This document shows positions 61,801 to 64,000 of a DNA stretch of 64,000 bases, piece after piece. Both the position numbers and the translations under genes were made by a program. Under the pieces are notes generated by a model that saw only the letters and a program-made list of their open reading frames with translations, was not told the origin of the DNA and ran no database searches. Position 1 is the first letter of the stretch. The number at the start of each line of letters is the position of its first letter. The stretch lies in assembly GCA_040403555.1 (NCBI GenBank), contig JBBAKN010000004.1:173495-237494 (forward strand). Reading direction: 5' to 3'. Source of the DNA: Sphingobacteriales bacterium (lineage in GTDB: Bacteria; Bacteroidota; Bacteroidia; Sphingobacteriales; Sphingobacteriaceae).

Positions 61801-62257
61801 AGGCAGTGTAAGCAATATTGATTACTTAGCCCAATTGGTTAAAGCTGGAACTGCAGCCGTAAAAGCGGTTGACCCCACTGTGGTGATGATGCTGCATGTG
61901 GCGCTTGGCGGCCAGCACGATGAATCGACCTTTTTTATTGATAATATGTTGGCCCGTGGGGTACATTTTGATGTAATTGGCGAATCGTATTACCCAAAAT
62001 GGCACGGAACTTTAGCCGATTTGGAAAACAATTTGACCACCTTGGTTAAACGGTATAATAAAGATGTGATGGTGGTAGAGTATTCTCAGTTAAAAAATGA
62101 GGTAAACAAAATTGCCTTTGAACTCCCTAATGGAAAAGGTAAGGGTACCTGCATTTGGGAGCCACTGAGTACTTGGGAATCCTTCTTTACTAAAGATGGA
62201 AAATCAAATGCTTATTTAAGCGTATACGATACCTTAAGTAAACAGTATATGGAATAA
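58862..62257 (+). CDS. Secreted bifunctional glycoside hydrolase: GH2 (beta-galactosidase-like, aa 1 to ~810) fused to GH53 (endo-beta-1,4-galactanase-like, aa ~823-1131)
   Basis: Signal peptide ending TATAQ. The GH2 part has NHPSVFLWSIGNEE and IIGTEMGS. The GH53 part has MLGADISFLPELEAKGIKF, LDFHYSDYWADPGKQFKPAAW, QIGNEINHG, GESYYPKWHG and MVVEYS. One continuous frame. Confidence 0.8.
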   Translation: MILQFKKLPIFTLLLFTCLTATAQTKTNIDEGWKFHFGYAADPAKDFNYGTAAIFSKSGKTDQTALAANFDDTAWRTLNLPHDWAVELPFSNSPNFDVQSHGYKPVGGLYPETSIGWYRKHISIAQADSGSRISLQFDGIFRNASIWLNGFYLGTNQSGYVGQTYDVTDYVNFGKDNIITVRVDATQYEGWFYEGAGIYRHVWLKKSNNLHLAQDGVFVHAEVKEKQARVFVDATIKNGQLSDASATLYSYLTNRSGKVLAQTEPQAIRLSRNGSTSVKQQFTLDNPRLWSLDDPYLYRVVTVIKQGKLVVDSLKQRIGIRTLRFDGKEGFFLNGKHVKIQGVNNHQDHAGVGSAVPDYLQYYRIQLLKDMGANAYRTSHNAPTPELLDACDSLGMLVLDEQRLLNSSPEYLDQFERLIKRDRNHPSVFLWSIGNEEGWIQANSVGKRIAQTLLAKQQELDPSRTSTYAADMGNVFTGVNEVIPVRGFNYRQFAVADYHKDHPNQPIIGTEMGSTVTTRGQYALDSLKAYVPDQDITAPWWASRAETWWKLAAENAYWAGGFIWTGFDYRGEPTPFKWPNINSHFGVMDMCGFPKNIYYYYQSWWTDKDVLHISPHWNWPDKVGQPIDVWVNSNADDVELFLNGKSLGKKTMPRNEHLQWSVVYEPGTLEAIAYKKGKRLTSKVETTGPAVEVVLTPYKTTLIADGQDVAVMNITAVDKEGREVPTANQLIKFSLKGDAKIIGVGNGDPSSHEADKCADGAWQRSLFNGKCQVLVQAGKTVGSIQFEASAEGLWKGSTDIITVSTSSVATITSDKKYELSGEAAKPRQATQMLGADISFLPELEAKGIKFSDKGVEKDPILIMKEHGLNYVRLRIFNDPANAEGYSPGIGFCDLAHTKAMAKRVKAAGMKLLLDFHYSDYWADPGKQFKPAAWENLNPEELKQALYEYTKKVIQELKDQGTTPDMVQIGNEINHGIVWPEGSVSNIDYLAQLVKAGTAAVKAVDPTVVMMLHVALGGQHDESTFFIDNMLARGVHFDVIGESYYPKWHGTLADLENNLTTLVKRYNKDVMVVEYSQLKNEVNKIAFELPNGKGKGTCIWEPLSTWESFFTKDGKSNAYLSVYDTLSKQYME

Positions 62258-62290
62258 AAAAAGCCTCCCAATTGGGAGGCTTTTTTTATT
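62257..62290. terminator. Bidirectional intrinsic terminator between convergent genes
   Basis: Stem gcctccca (62263-70) pairs with tgggaggc (62273-80), flanked by aaaaaa and ttttttt. Confidence 0.85.
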
Positions 62291-62293
62291 TAT

Positions 62294-62986
62294 TTAGTTT
62301 ACTGTAAAACTATACACACCAGAATCGGACGTATTGCCCTTTAGATCTTTTGTGACTACTTTCCAATAATACGTGGTTGCGCTAGTTACAGATACGTTAT
62401 TGATTACGCTAGCTGTAAGGTTGCTTTGCAACACACTTGGCGAATTGGTAGTTCCCAAGTACACATCGTAGGTACTGATGTCGTTATTTACATCGCTTCC
62501 ATTCCAATCCAAAGTAATTTTCCCAGCAGTAGCTGTAACGGCTTGCCCTTGAGTAGGGGTAACCATTTCGGCTGGAAACGGTGCATGACTAGTCACACCA
62601 GAGCCAGAATTAAAAAACTTCCAAATATCACTCGGTGTAGTGGTACTTGTTTTGCTGGTTTTAGCTATAATTTGCCACGAGTAGGGGGTGTTTTGCAATA
62701 AAGTTACTTCTAGAGTAGTACTCGTAGTATTTTGCGTAGTACTAGCTTGAGTTAAGAGATTTTTAATAATTAAATCGTAGCTCTCCGCATTGCTGGCAGC
62801 AATCCAAGAGAATAAAATTTTACTCTCTGTGGCCGATACTACTGTGCCGTTTAAACAAGCCTCATTTTGGGCAGGTGCGGCTAAGCTAGTTTTAGTGGGT
62901 GCTGCTCCTGCTGGAGCGCTACCTCCTTTTTTCCCGCAAGAAAAAAGAGTAAAACAAAGAATACAAGTTGCTAAAAAAGTTCTCAT
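62294..62986 (-). CDS. Lipoprotein with two Fn3-like domains
   Basis: Lipobox FTLFSCGKK. Two modules of ~90 aa, each with a W...Y...W pattern (LFSWIAASNAESYDL...YSWQI and ITLDWNGSD...YDVYLG...YYWKV). Confidence 0.6.
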   Translation of the reverse strand: MRTFLATCILCFTLFSCGKKGGSAPAGAAPTKTSLAAPAQNEACLNGTVVSATESKILFSWIAASNAESYDLIIKNLLTQASTTQNTTSTTLEVTLLQNTPYSWQIIAKTSKTSTTTPSDIWKFFNSGSGVTSHAPFPAEMVTPTQGQAVTATAGKITLDWNGSDVNNDISTYDVYLGTTNSPSVLQSNLTASVINNVSVTSATTYYWKVVTKDLKGNTSDSGVYSFTVN

Positions 62987-64000
62987 TTTTTAAAGATTTT
63001 ATAAGTTTGATCTCCTACCGTTAATAGGTAGAATCCGCTGTCTAAATTACTAACGTTAATTTGTAGAGTTCCGGTGGCATTCTGATAGGTCTGCTGAAAC
63101 ACCTTAATTCCCGAACTATTGCTGATGTTTACGGCTACGGTGCTCGTTTGATTTCCGCCCAATTTGATAAACAACATATCACCAAAAGGATTCGGATAAA
63201 TGGTTGCTTTATCGTTTACGAGTATAGCTTCATCAAAAGTACCTTGGCAAGGTTTATCGGTTGTTACCAAAATTTGGTTGGTACCTAATTGCAAAGGCAA
63301 CGTAATACTACTGCTATTGGTTTGGTAGCTTTGGCCGTTTAACTGAATTTGATAGGTACTTGCTCGAGCTAGGTTTAAGGTAACCGAATTGGTTACAGGG
63401 TTAACTTGTGAGAGCACCGCCAAATCTTTGGGTTCACCCACTACTATGCTATAACAAATTTTGTAGCTGGTGTTTCCGTCGGCAGTAATACAAATGGCAT
63501 AAGTGCCCGCAACTAAGTTGGGTATGGTTAAGCTAGTTACAAATGGGTAGTTGGTGGTTTGCCCGTTACTGGTTACTGCTGCGGTATAGCTCAATGCTTG
63601 TACAGCCGTAATGGTAATCGATCCATTATTGCTGGTTCTACAAGTTTCATCAACCACAATGGTATTGAAATTATTATAGGCAAGCGGGAACGTTACCCCC
63701 ACAATTACCGGTGCTGAGGTTACTGTACAGGTTCCCACAGTTTTTTGTACGGTATAGGTACCTATTTGAGTGGCATTATACGTTGTAGCGTTTGCACCTG
63801 GAATGCTAACACCGTTTAAGAACCATTGATTACCTGATGCGGCATTTGAAGTTAAAATAGTTCCATTTTTTGTAATGGTAGGAGCTGCCAAACTACTTGT
63901 AGTTACAGCGGTGCGTTGTGTATTGCTACAGCCTGCAGAACGTACGGCTAAATCGTAGAAATAATAATAAAAGGCTTGGTAGTAATTGGCATTTACTCCA
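62983..64000 (-). CDS. T9SS-secreted surface protein, C-terminal part; the frame stays open to the window edge, so the 5' end is outside
   Basis: The track start at 63891 is an in-frame TTG, and I translated 63892-63999 by hand without meeting a stop. The C-terminal ~75 aa (IYPNPFGDMLFIKL...GFYLLTVGDQTYKIFKK) look like a T9SS type-A sorting domain. There are Ig/SprB-repeat-like Thr/Asn-rich modules upstream. Confidence 0.75.
   Translation of the reverse strand, partial: GVNANYYQAFYYYFYDLAVRSAGCSNTQRTAVTTSSLAAPTITKNGTILTSNAASGNQWFLNGVSIPGANATTYNATQIGTYTVQKTVGTCTVTSAPVIVGVTFPLAYNNFNTIVVDETCRTSNNGSITITAVQALSYTAAVTSNGQTTNYPFVTSLTIPNLVAGTYAICITADGNTSYKICYSIVVGEPKDLAVLSQVNPVTNSVTLNLARASTYQIQLNGQSYQTNSSSITLPLQLGTNQILVTTDKPCQGTFDEAILVNDKATIYPNPFGDMLFIKLGGNQTSTVAVNISNSSGIKVFQQTYQNATGTLQINVSNLDSGFYLLTVGDQTYKIFKK

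Overview
This 64 kb chromosomal segment reads as a Bacteroidota genome (possibly Sphingobacteriia- or Cytophagia-like; I cannot verify this without a search). The taxon call rests on four things: sprA (the T9SS translocon, 2352 aa) lies directly downstream of ruvA; one protein carries a T9SS C-terminal sorting domain; many TAnnTTTG -7-type promoter boxes sit close to start codons; and TTG/GTG starts are frequent.

I call 58 protein-coding genes or fragments, one gene remnant (fabH), two tRNAs (initiator tRNA-Met-CAU and tRNA-Glu-UUC), one SAM-I riboswitch ahead of metH-metF, and six clear intrinsic terminators.

The content is overwhelmingly core housekeeping:
- Sugar nucleotides: rfbA, gmd
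- Isoprenoid: dxs
- One-carbon and glycine cleavage: glyA, gcvH, gcvT, metF, metH
- Lipid synthesis: yceD-rpmF-plsX-fabH', accBC
- Tat export: two tatA copies, tatC
- Recombination: ruvA, ruvC, rnhB
- GTPases: era, der, rsgA
- Iron uptake: feoAB
- Cell wall: M23/EnvC-like, MltD-like, murQ

Only the last ~7.5 kb, after the tRNAs, looks accessory. It holds a DUF1566 lipoprotein, an FG-GAP lipoprotein, a GH2-GH53 fusion glycosidase, an Fn3 lipoprotein and a T9SS cargo protein. I saw no CRISPR array, IS/transposase, integrase, phage, restriction-modification, toxin-antitoxin or recognisable defence genes.

I did not find a convincing multi-gene novel system. The observations most worth follow-up are:
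1. fabH is collapsed to a 72-codon in-frame N-/C-terminal fusion in its conserved operon slot.
2. An uninterrupted GH2 + GH53 fusion enzyme.
3. An identical 17-mer in the promoter regions of glyA and of the riboswitch-controlled metH-metF operon.
4. A ~140 nt intergenic element built from nested inverted repeats between convergent genes.
5. A 14-bp perfect palindrome plus U-tract 21 nt upstream of era.
6. An unannotated 39-codon lipoprotein ORF upstream of feoAB.

All functional calls come from reading the translations against remembered family motifs. No database search was run.
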